A model generated the notes under the pieces. It was given only the letters and a program-made list of their open reading frames with translations, was not told the origin of the DNA and did no database searches. Shown here in pieces: positions 28,988 to 38,235 of a DNA stretch of 64,000 nucleotides; position 1 is the stretch's first letter, and every line of letters starts with the position of its first letter. The DNA lies in the NCBI GenBank assembly GCA_963768705.1, contig CAVYJE010000001.1:65122-129121 (forward strand), in the 5' to 3' direction. The position numbers and the translations under genes were made by a program. Source of the stretch: an uncultured Chloroflexia bacterium. GTDB lineage: Bacteria > Chloroflexota > Dehalococcoidia > DSTF01 > WHTK01.

Positions 28988-30566
28988 ATGCGTGCACTTC
29001 TCGCCCCTTACGACAAGACCGGATTGATCGAATTCGCCCGTGGCCTTACCGGCATGGGTTGGAGCCTGCTGGCGACCGGCAACACGGAACGCATCTTGCG
29101 TGAAGCCGGGCTGCCCGTGACCAGCGTCGCCGAGGTCATCGGCTTCCCCGAGATCCTCGACGGGCGGGTGAAGACGCTGCATCCGGCGATTCATGGCGGC
29201 CTCCTCGCTCGCCGCGACAAGCCGGAGCACATGCAGGAGCTGGCGCAGCACGGTATTGAGGCCATCGACCTCGTCGTCAACAACCTCTACCCCTTCGAAG
29301 CGACGATCGGCAAGGACGGCGTGACCGAGGAAGAGGCGATCGAGAACATCGATATCGGCGGGCCGGCCATGCTGCGCGCTGCCGCGAAGAACTTCCAGGC
29401 CGTCGTCGTGCTCTGCGACCCGGCCGATTACGACCAGACCCTGGCATCGCTGCAGGCCGGCGGTGTCAGCGAGGAGCAGCGACGCGCCCTCGCCGCCAAG
29501 GCCTTCCAGCACGTCGCTCTATACGACACGCTGGTCTCGCGTTACCTGCGGGGCGACGACGACAAGCTCTCGTACCCGGACGAGCTCACGATCGGCCTGC
29601 GCAAGCGCGAAGACCTCGACCTGCGCTACGGCGAGAACCCTCACCAGTCCGGCGCGCTCTACCTGGAGGCTGGACGCAAAGCAGCAGGGCATCTCCGGCT
29701 TCGAGCAGCTGCATGGCATCCCGATGTCGTTCAACAACGTGCTCGACGCCGACGCCGCGTGGCGGACCGCCATTGACTTCGCGGACCCCACGATCGCGAT
29801 CGTGAAACACCTCAATCCCTGCGGCCTCGCGAGCCACGAAGACCTCAAGGTCGCCTACGAGCGCGCGCTTTCGGGCGACCCCATTTCGGCCTTCGGGGGC
29901 ATCGTCGCCTGCAACCGGCCGATCGACGGTGAGCTGGCGGCTACGATGCGCGCCAGCGTCAGCCCCTCGAGCGGCCAGCGCATGCTCTACGAGATCATCG
30001 TCGCGCCGGACTTCACGGAGGAGGCGCTCGAAGCCCTGCGACGCTGGCGCAACGTGCGCATCCTCAAGGTGTCGGGCGCCCGCGGCGCATCTCAGGTCGA
30101 TGACGCCTTCCCGTACGACCTGCGGCGGGTCGGCGGCGGCTTCCTCATACAGGACCCCGACCTCAAGCCGGACGACTCCCTGGAGCTGAAGGTCGCGAGC
30201 CAGCGAGAGCCGACCGAGGAAGAGCTGGCCGACATGCGATTCGCCTGGCGGGCCTGCAAGCACATCAAGTCCAACGCCATCGTGCTCGCCAAAGACCGTA
30301 CCTTGCTGGGCATGGGCGCCGGTCAGCCGAACCGCATCACCAGCGTCAAGATCGCCGTCGAGCGCGCCGGTGAACGCGCCCGCGGCAGCGTCCTCGCCTC
30401 TGACGCCTTCTTCCCCTTCTTCGACGGCATGGCCACCGCAGCCGCAGCCGGCATCGCCGCCGCCATCGAGCCGGGCGGCTCCGTCCGCGACGCCGAAGTC
30501 ATCGCCGTCGCCGACGCAGCGGGCATGGCCCTCGTGTTCAGCGGCGAACGCCACTTCCGGCACTAG
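28988..30566 (+). pseudogene. purH: bifunctional IMP cyclohydrolase/AICAR formyltransferase, apparent frameshift near 29660-29685 (probably a sequence error)
   Basis: MRALLAPYDKTGLIEFARGL...RYGENPHQSGALY is in one frame. GISGFEQLHGIPMSFNNVLDADAAW...KHLNPCG continues in the +1 frame. Confidence 0.85.
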
Positions 30567-30595
30567 CGTGACGGATGGCGACGGGCTAATAGCGA

Positions 30596-30997
30596 TTGGC
30601 GATTAGCGTGAGAGACTTCACCAAACTGACTGTGTGGACTAGGGCGCACGAACTAACACTTCACATCTATGACATCACATCACGGTTCCCCAGGGAGGAG
30701 ATGTATGGCCTTACAAGCCAGTTGCGACGAGCTGCAGTCTCAATACCCTCAAATATCGCCGAAGGCTGTGGCCGGGAAGGAGATCCTGAGCTTGCCAGGT
30801 TCCTACGGATCTCGATGGGATCAGCCAGTGAAGTTGAGTATCAACTGCGTCTGGCCAACGACCTGAAGTACCTCGCTGATGATGAGTATGCGAGGAGTCG
30901 GGATCATCTCTTTGAGGTCAAGCGAATGCAGGTTCGCCTCCTGCAGCGACTCACGGGAAGCCGGAGATCGGACATGGGTGCGGATGCAGAAGGCTAG
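30596..30997 (+). CDS. four-helix-bundle protein (23S rRNA intervening-sequence protein / Avd-like family)
   Basis: LTVWTRAHELTLHIY...FPREEMYGLTSQLRRAAVSIPSNIAEGCGR...FLRISMGSASEVEYQL. GC is visibly lower than in the flanks. The start is TTG 30596 or GTG 30608. Confidence 0.8.
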   Translation: MAISVRDFTKLTVWTRAHELTLHIYDITSRFPREEMYGLTSQLRRAAVSIPSNIAEGCGREGDPELARFLRISMGSASEVEYQLRLANDLKYLADDEYARSRDHLFEVKRMQVRLLQRLTGSRRSDMGADAEG

Positions 30998-31045
30998 CAG
31001 TCTACAGCTGAGGGCTAACCGCCAGCAGCCAAGAGCCCGTCGCCC

Positions 31046-31774
31046 ATGGCGACGATAGACGTTGTCCTGCCGGTGTACAACGAGGCGCACGTGCTCGAGC
31101 GCAGCGTGCGGGCGCTGCATGCGTTTCTTACAGACCACCTGACGCATGAATGGCGCATCGTCATCGCCGACAACGGGTCGAAGGACGGTACCGCCGAGGT
31201 GGCGAAGCGGCTCGAGGCGGAGTTGCCGGACGTCGCGGTGATGCGGATACCGGAGGCCGGCCGGGGAAGGGCGCTGACGCGCGCCTGGCTGGCCAGCAAG
31301 GCCGATGTTCTCGCCTACATGGACATCGACCTGTCGACGGACCTGGAGGCGTTTCCGCGCCTCGTCAGCCTCGTGGCGGACCAGGGTTACGATGTTGCCG
31401 CCGGCAGCCGCCTCGATCGTGCCAGTGAGACGGAGCGCTCCTTGAAGCGCGAGGTCCTCTCGCGCGGCTTCGTGTGGCTGATCACGCTGATGTTCCGGGC
31501 CCGGCTGGACGACACCCAGTGCGGCTTCAAGGCGATCGGCCGGGATTGCGCCCAGCAGTTGCTGCCGTTGGTGCGCGATACGGGCTGGTTCTGGGATACG
31601 GAGCTCCTGCTCATGGCGCGCAAGGGAGGCTGGCAGGTGGCTTTTGTGCCCGTGCGTTGGGTGGAGGATAGGGATTCCCGGGTAAGGGTCGTGCAGACCG
31701 TCCTGAAGGACGTAAAGGGCCTTCTGCGCATGCTGCGCTTCGATTGGTCTAGGGCGCGAAAGCCAGATGCATAG
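31046..31774 (+). CDS. family 2 glycosyltransferase (polyprenol-phosphate sugar synthase-like)
   Basis: VVLPVYNE, IADNGSKDGT and AYMDIDLSTD motifs. Confidence 0.8.
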   Translation: MATIDVVLPVYNEAHVLERSVRALHAFLTDHLTHEWRIVIADNGSKDGTAEVAKRLEAELPDVAVMRIPEAGRGRALTRAWLASKADVLAYMDIDLSTDLEAFPRLVSLVADQGYDVAAGSRLDRASETERSLKREVLSRGFVWLITLMFRARLDDTQCGFKAIGRDCAQQLLPLVRDTGWFWDTELLLMARKGGWQVAFVPVRWVEDRDSRVRVVQTVLKDVKGLLRMLRFDWSRARKPDA

Positions 31775-31855
31775 GAAGCTCCCGTGTCGCGTCATAGACG
31801 TTTCCATGACGTTTCAGGCAGGCCGTTTTGAATCTAAAAACGGCGAGGGGCTTGG

Positions 31856-31884
31856 TTGACACTAATAGGGGCCGATGCTAGATT
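31856..31884 (+). promoter_or_regulatory. sigma-70-like promoter candidate for the cytochrome bc operon
   Basis: TTGACA (31856-31861), a 17-nt spacer, then TAGATT (31879-31884). Confidence 0.45.
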
Positions 31885-31957
31885 GCGGCTTGCTAACGCC
31901 TTCACAAACCTGCGCGAATTTGCGAAGTGAAGGTGCTCATAAAGCGAACGGGGCGAG

Positions 31958-32110
31958 ATGGATTTCTCACTACTCTTCAACGGTTTTCACCCCGACGACG
32001 TCTTCGGTCGAGCTATCTCCGTCGATGGAGCTGAGCTCGTCCTCGTATTCGGCACCATTGCCATCAGCCTTGCGATCATGGTCTGGTTCGGCAATTGGTG
32101 GTCTCGCTAA
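31958..32110 (+). CDS. small (50 aa) single-TM ORF, first cistron of the cytochrome bc operon (not in ORF track)
   Basis: Own translation gives MDFSLLFNGFHPDDVFGRAISVDGAELVLVFGTIAISLAIMVWFGNWWSR-stop. It ends 15 nt before the cyt b start. Confidence 0.35.
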   Translation: MDFSLLFNGFHPDDVFGRAISVDGAELVLVFGTIAISLAIMVWFGNWWSR

Positions 32111-32125
32111 CCAGGAGGCTCGGCT

Positions 32126-32896
32126 ATGGCCGCAAGTAATCGTCCGAAAACAGAAAGGCCGAAAGGAACCGGCCTTCTGGGGTCGATCTACGACAAGGTC
32201 TTTCACAACTACGTCTGGCAGTCGATCTTCCGGAGCGGTTACCCGAACACTCCTCGAAATCAGATGCTGGTCGTCGCGACCAACGTCTTCCTGCACCTTC
32301 ACCCGACGCGTATCCACAAGACGCACGTCAAGATCACGCACACCTACTGCCTCGGCGGTCTGAGCTTCTTCCTGTTCTTAGGACTCACCGTCACAGGCGT
32401 CTTACTTATGTTCTATTACGTACCGTCAGTCGAGCGCGCCTACACAGACATCGCCGCGCTGGAGACGAACGTCCGGTACGGTTCCCTCATGCGCAACATG
32501 CACCGCTGGATGGCGCACGGCATGGTCCTGACCGTCCTGTTGCATATGATGCGCGTGTTCTACACGGGCGCTTATAAGCCCCCACGCGAGTTCAACTGGG
32601 TGGTTGGCGTCATCCTTCTTATCCTGACGCTCCTGCTCAGCTTCACCGGCTACCTTCTGCCGTGGGACCAGCTGGCACTCTGGGCCATCACCGTGGGTAC
32701 CAACATGGTGGGTTCGGCTCCAGTCCTCGGTGACTCCGTCGTGTTCGTCATGCGCGGTGGCTTCGAGGTCGGCCCCAACGCTCTTATCCGCTTCTACACG
32801 CTGCACGTCATCGGCTTGCCCCTTGTCGCAGCGATCTTTATGGCCGTTCACTTCTGGCGTATCCGTCGCGACGGCGGTATGGCTCGGCCTCTGTAA
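32126..32896 (+). CDS. cytochrome b6-like subunit (cytochrome b N-terminal domain)
   Basis: LHLHPTRI...[22 protein letters not shown]...[30 protein letters not shown]...[12 protein letters not shown] aggagg. Confidence 0.9.
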   Translation: MAASNRPKTERPKGTGLLGSIYDKVFHNYVWQSIFRSGYPNTPRNQMLVVATNVFLHLHPTRIHKTHVKITHTYCLGGLSFFLFLGLTVTGVLLMFYYVPSVERAYTDIAALETNVRYGSLMRNMHRWMAHGMVLTVLLHMMRVFYTGAYKPPREFNWVVGVILLILTLLLSFTGYLLPWDQLALWAITVGTNMVGSAPVLGDSVVFVMRGGFEVGPNALIRFYTLHVIGLPLVAAIFMAVHFWRIRRDGGMARPL

Positions 32897-32917
32897 GCGG
32901 ACCGGAGAGAGAAAGCT

Positions 32918-33949
32918 TTGGCAGCAACTACTACGACCCCATCCCAGGTAAGACCGCGACGCGAGCGCGAGGAAGAACTCCTCGTCTGGCCTGACCTGGT
33001 ATTTGTCGAGTTCATCTGTGCGGTCCTCTTCACGTTGTCGTTCACGTTGCTCTCGTCGGTGATCAACGCACCGCTGATCAACCGCGCGAACGGCGACGTT
33101 ACCCCGAACCCTTCGAAGGCGCCGTGGTACTTCCTGAACCTGCAGGAGTTGCTCCTGCACATGAACCCGGCCCTCGCCGGTGTGGTTGTGCCGACCGTCT
33201 TCCTGATCGTTCTCGCCGCGGTGCCTTACCTGGACCGCAGCAAGGATGGCCAGGGTGAGTGGTTCGGTACGGCGAACGCCGTCCGCATCAGCGTTTTCTC
33301 CGGCCTGTTCTCATTCTTCGGAACTTTGACCCTCATCCTCTTCGACGCGGGCAAGCACGCCCAGATCTACGAAAAGATCACTGGCTCGGCGTGGCCTGTC
33401 GGTGAAGACCGGCCGGGCTGGTTGCCGGACGTCGGCATCGTCAATGCGATCTGGGACCTTGTCTTCACGCGTGACATCCGCTCGATTCAGACCAGCTGGC
33501 ACTGGAGCATCAACTTCTTCGGCATCGAAGGTCCAACCGGCAACGATGGTCGCCTGACCTGGCCGGCAGACTTCACACGCATCCCGCTGCCGATCATCAA
33601 CGGCACCTGGTGGCCGAAGTGGGGCACCACCCACGGCGAACCGCCGCCAACCTGGTATCAGCACCTGCCAGACTGGTTGACGGGCCTCTACCCGTACGAC
33701 CTCAACATCAACTTCCCGGCGAACCTGGTCGAGATCATCATCCCGAGCACGATCATGATCGCGTTGCCTGCGCTGCTCATCTACATCCTGTGGCGCATCG
33801 GCTGGGTAAACACACGGCGAGACGTCATGCTCAGCCTGTTCAGCGGCTTCATCGTTGCTTACTGGCTCATGACTATCGTTGGTGCACTGTTCCGCGGTGC
33901 CGGCCAGGAGCTGGTCTGGCCCTGGGACGTGCCACGAATCGACGGGTAG
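32918..33949 (+). CDS. cytochrome bc subunit IV-like protein (cytochrome b C-terminal domain) with long C-terminal extension
   Basis: WPDLVFVEF...NPSKAPWYFLNLQELL, followed by about 200 extra residues with additional TM helices. TTG start. Confidence 0.8.
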   Translation: MAATTTTPSQVRPRREREEELLVWPDLVFVEFICAVLFTLSFTLLSSVINAPLINRANGDVTPNPSKAPWYFLNLQELLLHMNPALAGVVVPTVFLIVLAAVPYLDRSKDGQGEWFGTANAVRISVFSGLFSFFGTLTLILFDAGKHAQIYEKITGSAWPVGEDRPGWLPDVGIVNAIWDLVFTRDIRSIQTSWHWSINFFGIEGPTGNDGRLTWPADFTRIPLPIINGTWWPKWGTTHGEPPPTWYQHLPDWLTGLYPYDLNINFPANLVEIIIPSTIMIALPALLIYILWRIGWVNTRRDVMLSLFSGFIVAYWLMTIVGALFRGAGQELVWPWDVPRIDG

Positions 33950-34024
33950 GCAACGAAACTAGACCTTAACGCCGCCCTGTAAGACGCTAGAGCGGCGAAA
34001 ATCTTGGGGAAGGAAGGCAGAACT

Positions 34025-35043
34025 ATGGGGCGCTTGAGCCTTTGGCCTGCAATCCTCGGCATAGCACTTGCGATGATCGTCGTCGTGCTCATCGAGCCCG
34101 TCGCGAACTCTATGGCCTACGCTGCGGGTGCTGTCGTATTGATTGCCCTGCTCGGCTGGGTCACCGAGGCTCGCGCGGTCGCTGGACCGCCGCCGGCCGT
34201 CGAGCCTGAGCACGAGGAAGAAGAAGAGGCGCCCGGCCCCAGCTACTGGCCTGTCGTGCTCGCCCTCGGCATCGTCGGCATCGCCGCCGGCATTGTTTAC
34301 GACTTCAAAGAGGGCGCCCTGGTTGTGGCCGTGCCGCTGGCCCTGTGGTCGGGCGGTGCCTGGGCCAACGCCATCAAGGCAGAGATGATGCCGGAGGGAG
34401 GCGACGCTGAGTTCGAAGCCGAGCCCATCGTCACGTCCGGTGGCCGAGTGCTCATGCCTGTTCAGCCCAACATGCTGGCCACCCAGGCCGCCGGTGGCGC
34501 TGCCATCGCCCTGGAGCGCGTCCAGCAGAAGGAAATTTCCCGTCGCGGCCTGCTGCGCATCACGTTTTGGAGCGGCCTTGGCGCCGGCCTCCTGGCTTTC
34601 GCCGGCACACTGGTCGACTTCCTGTACCCGCGCGGCATTACCGGTTTCGGTAGTGTCGTTTCGGCCGGACCGGTGGCAGTTCCCTCCCGGCACGAAGACC
34701 CAGAACTTTGCAGGCCACTTCTGGCTCGTCAACCTGACCGAGGAGCAGGGTGGTTCCGGTTTCCTTGCACTCTGGTGGAAGTGCCCGCACCTTGGTTGCA
34801 CGGTGCCGTGGCGCGACAACTTCTCCTTCGTCGACCCGACGACGGGCGCGAACAAGCAGGGTTGGTTCCGCTGCCCCTGCCACGGTTCGACATACACGGA
34901 CGCCGGTGTTCGCGTGTTCGGTCCGGCACCCCGCTCCATGGACCACATGGAACTCGACGATTACGGACGGCAACATCAGCGTGAACACGGGCGCCATCAC
35001 TAAAGGCACCGAAGATAACGCCAGCTTCGCCGTCCAGGCGTAG
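34025..35043 (+). pseudogene. Rieske [2Fe-2S] subunit with multi-TM N-terminal extension; two apparent frameshifts (probably sequence errors)
   Basis: CPHLGC...CPCHGS are in the middle frame. The TM-rich N-terminus is in the first frame and switches near 34675-34682. The C-terminus [17 protein letters not shown] is in a third frame and switches near 34953-34957. Confidence 0.8.
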
Positions 35044-35084
35044 GGGAATATGACCAGGGGAGGCCGCAGCTTAGAGGCGGACGC

Positions 35085-36398
35085 ATGAACACACGAAAAC
35101 AAGTCCTCATCATGTCTGGTCTGCTGCTGGTGATGCTCATGGTCATCGCCGTTTACGCTGCCTGGTACCCGAGCCGTGCGGATAGCTCCGCGGAGCACTT
35201 CCAGGAGGCTACCGCAGAGCGTGGCGCCATCCTTTTCGCCCGCAACTGCCGCCTCTGTCACGGTGACGTAGCTGAAGGTGGCGCTTTGGGTGGCCGGCTG
35301 GCCGCCGCACCGGCACTCCACCGCCCCGACCTGCAGGGCTTCCAGGACAGCGACGCCAAAATCGCCGCCGAGGTTGGTCTGACCAACACCACCGTCGAAG
35401 TCGACGATGGCTCGAAGTTGAAGGTAGACGACACCATCCTCCTGGACGAAGAGCGCATGAAGGTCACCGCGATCGACGGCACAACCCTTACCGTCGAGCG
35501 CGCAGTCGAGAACACGGAAGCGGGCGGTCACTTCCCTGGCGGTATTGTCTACGTCTTTGCTCAGGCTCTCCTTAACGAGAAGATCGACCTGATAACGAAC
35601 ACGATTACCTGTGGGCGCGTCGGTACGGCGATGCCCGCATGGGCCAAGACCCAGGGCGGCCCGCTCAGCGACGAGCAGATTCGTCAGCTCATGACTTTGA
35701 TTACCAACGGTCGTTGGGACCTCGTGGCGGACGAAGTCAACATCGAAGACCTGATTACGGCTCAGCTCACGGACGCGGTCAGCGCCGACACCACACAGAT
35801 CAGCGTGACGGACATCACCCGATTCAACCAGAACGACGCCATCCGGCTCGGCACCGAGCGCCTGCGCGTGACGGAGGTCCCGGCATTCGAGAACGGGGCA
35901 ACGCATGTCGCCGGCACCCTGACCGTCGAGCGCGCGGTGGACAACTCGTTCGCTTCGGAGCACCCCCAGGACACGACGATCTACAAGTTCCCTGAGGTCG
36001 CCGAGCCGGCAGTCAACAAGCAGTCCTGTGGCCAGACAGCGAAGGCGCCGGTGCCACAGGGCACGCCTGAGCTCATCGAGAACTTCGACGGCGACCAGAC
36101 GGTGGAAGTCACGGCTCAGAACATCGCCTTCGACACGGACAACATCACGATTAAGGCTGACGGCGAGGTCCGTATCCGCTTCACCAACAAGGACCCGGCC
36201 ACGCCGCACAACATCGCCTTCTACAACAGCGAGTCCGACACGACGCCGGTCTCAGATGGCAGCGTTGGCATCCAGTTCGATGGCACTGCCGACGGCGTAA
36301 CGGATGACACGGTGTTCGCTATCCCGGATCCAGGTACCTACTACTTCCGGTGTGACGTTCACCCCACGATCATGTTTGGTACCTTCACCGTCGAATAG
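35085..36398 (+). CDS. membrane-anchored monoheme cytochrome c fused to a type-1 copper (cupredoxin) domain
   Basis: N-terminal TM helix, then C55-R-L-C-H59 and distal GTAM183PAW. The C-terminal copper ligands are H375 (PHNIAF) and C423/H426/M430 (FRCDVHPTIM). Confidence 0.85.
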   Translation: MNTRKQVLIMSGLLLVMLMVIAVYAAWYPSRADSSAEHFQEATAERGAILFARNCRLCHGDVAEGGALGGRLAAAPALHRPDLQGFQDSDAKIAAEVGLTNTTVEVDDGSKLKVDDTILLDEERMKVTAIDGTTLTVERAVENTEAGGHFPGGIVYVFAQALLNEKIDLITNTITCGRVGTAMPAWAKTQGGPLSDEQIRQLMTLITNGRWDLVADEVNIEDLITAQLTDAVSADTTQISVTDITRFNQNDAIRLGTERLRVTEVPAFENGATHVAGTLTVERAVDNSFASEHPQDTTIYKFPEVAEPAVNKQSCGQTAKAPVPQGTPELIENFDGDQTVEVTAQNIAFDTDNITIKADGEVRIRFTNKDPATPHNIAFYNSESDTTPVSDGSVGIQFDGTADGVTDDTVFAIPDPGTYYFRCDVHPTIMFGTFTVE

Positions 36399-36421
36399 AG
36401 ACAACAGCAAACCAAGTCCAG

Positions 36422-36449
36422 AGGGCCGGCAAATCCGCCGGCCCTTTTC
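36422..36449 (+). terminator. rho-independent terminator of the cytochrome bc operon
   Basis: gggccggc-aaatcc-gccggccc followed by tttt. Confidence 0.75.
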
Positions 36450-36567
36450 ACGTCTTCGTCTCTGCGCTGATGCCGCCCTCGCCTCGAGCGTTGCCTGCGT
36501 CAATTGGCGGGCGGGCCTGCGAGAAGGTTTCGCCGGTGGCAGGTTCCTGCTATGGTGATCTTGGCGG

Positions 36568-38172
36568 GTGCAAAAAGTAGGTTCAGTGCGTCTACCCGAC
36601 CTCCTCACTTCCAATCTGTCTCTGCTAACGAAGGCCGTCCTCGCGGCAGGGTTGCTGACGGCGTTCGTCGTGTTCGCATCCGGCGGCAGCGAGACGGCGA
36701 AGGCGACCACTGGCTACTCCTTCGGCGTCGAGAACTCCTGGATCCGCGTCCAGAACATCGGTAACTACGACGCGACCGTGCAGCTCGACTACTTCGACCC
36801 CGATGGCAACCTCGCCGGCACGGACAACTGCCCGTCTGCCACCTGCCCGCCCATGTACCCCGGCAGCGGCTGGACCTTCTTCCAGGGCGATAACGCCACG
36901 CTGCCCCAGGGCTTCGCGGGCTCCTCCGTGATCTCGACAGACCAGCCTGTCGTCGCCGTGCTCGCGAAGGACGTGCGGCGCAACGGCAAGTTCTCGATTG
37001 CGGGCGACACGCTGGAGACGGGGCCCGGCTCCCACCGCCTCTACCTGCCCGTGACCGGCAAGTACGATGGCCCGAACCAGGACTGGAGCGGGCGCTTCGT
37101 GATTCAGAACATGAGCGATAGCGTCACGGCCTGCGTCACCATCACCTACCTGAGCAACTACACCGACTCGGAGGTCGCCTGGGAGCCTTACAAGCCCTCC
37201 GAGTCCTCGTCCTCCGTGGCATTCGCCGATTGCCCTCACGGCGGCATGCCGTTGCCGCCCCGGGGCAGCATCCTCAAGTACCCGGACAACATGGCGGTGC
37301 CGGCGCCGTTTACCGGCTCCGTGCGCATCGATCTCAGCACCAACAAGAAGGGACAGGGGCCGGAGAAGCAGTTCATCTCCGCCACGGCCGACTCCTGGAA
37401 CCTCAACCTCGCGTCCTTCGGCTCCTACCGTGGCTTCTCGGACGACGACCTGGGGCACGAGGTCCTTCTGCCGCTGGTCGACCGTGAGGTGGGGCCGGAG
37501 AACTCCTGGAGCACGCGCTTCTTTATCGCCAACAAGGACCCGAACAAGCCAGCCGTGGTCAACGTCGAGTTTCGGGGCTACGACGTCGATAGCGCCACGC
37601 CCGATGCGCTCATCGTCAAGACGAACACCTTCACCATCAAAGGCGGTCGTATGTGCTTCCAGGCCTGGGATGACGCCGCCAACTGCCTCGCCGAGGGCGA
37701 TAGGCTGCCCACGAACTTCGTGGGCACGGCTCGTCTTACCTCGACGGAGCCGATCGCCGTGATCGTCGACCGCGACACCTGGCTCACGGAGTCGTTCACG
37801 GACTATCGCGGCATCCGGCCGGAGGACGCTTCGACCAAGGTACTGCTGCCCGTGCTCAACAAGAACTACGGCCCGGAGAACGGTGTCGGCGCGGGCTGGA
37901 ACAGCTGGTTCCGCGTCATGGTCGCCGACGGTGGCACCGCGAACGTTACGGTGACCTACTACGGCCTCGACATTCCCGGCGGCAGCACGTCCTACACCGT
38001 GCCCGTCGACCGCGAGTTCACGGTGTTCCAGTTCAACGAGAACTTGCCCGATGGCTTCGCGGGCACCGCGATTATCTCGTCCGACCGCCCCGTCGTCGCG
38101 CTCGCCAACATCTACACCGACAGCTTCACGGGCGACCCGGATGTGCTCTACAACGGTGTGCCTCTGAACTAG
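36568..38172 (+). CDS. secreted or membrane-anchored protein with four internal ~100-120 aa repeats, unknown family
   Basis: An N-terminal hydrophobic anchor is followed by a repeated pattern: LLP-x-(Y)-GP-x-N-x-W-x-(R)F-x-(I/V)-x-N...V-x-V-x-Y...LP-x-GF-x-G(S/T)-x-(V/I)IS-x-(D/E)-x-P-(V/I). Confidence 0.7.
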   Translation: MQKVGSVRLPDLLTSNLSLLTKAVLAAGLLTAFVVFASGGSETAKATTGYSFGVENSWIRVQNIGNYDATVQLDYFDPDGNLAGTDNCPSATCPPMYPGSGWTFFQGDNATLPQGFAGSSVISTDQPVVAVLAKDVRRNGKFSIAGDTLETGPGSHRLYLPVTGKYDGPNQDWSGRFVIQNMSDSVTACVTITYLSNYTDSEVAWEPYKPSESSSSVAFADCPHGGMPLPPRGSILKYPDNMAVPAPFTGSVRIDLSTNKKGQGPEKQFISATADSWNLNLASFGSYRGFSDDDLGHEVLLPLVDREVGPENSWSTRFFIANKDPNKPAVVNVEFRGYDVDSATPDALIVKTNTFTIKGGRMCFQAWDDAANCLAEGDRLPTNFVGTARLTSTEPIAVIVDRDTWLTESFTDYRGIRPEDASTKVLLPVLNKNYGPENGVGAGWNSWFRVMVADGGTANVTVTYYGLDIPGGSTSYTVPVDREFTVFQFNENLPDGFAGTAIISSDRPVVALANIYTDSFTGDPDVLYNGVPLN

Positions 38173-38235
38173 GTTTGTCCTGCTCTTAACACGACATCGC
38201 TATCCCTGGGCCTGGCGATGTGAAACGATGCTCGC

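Noticed and set aside
30596-30997. A diversity-generating retroelement, suggested by the Avd-like four-helix-bundle gene.
   Set aside because: There is no reverse transcriptase ORF and no template/variable repeat pair within the window.
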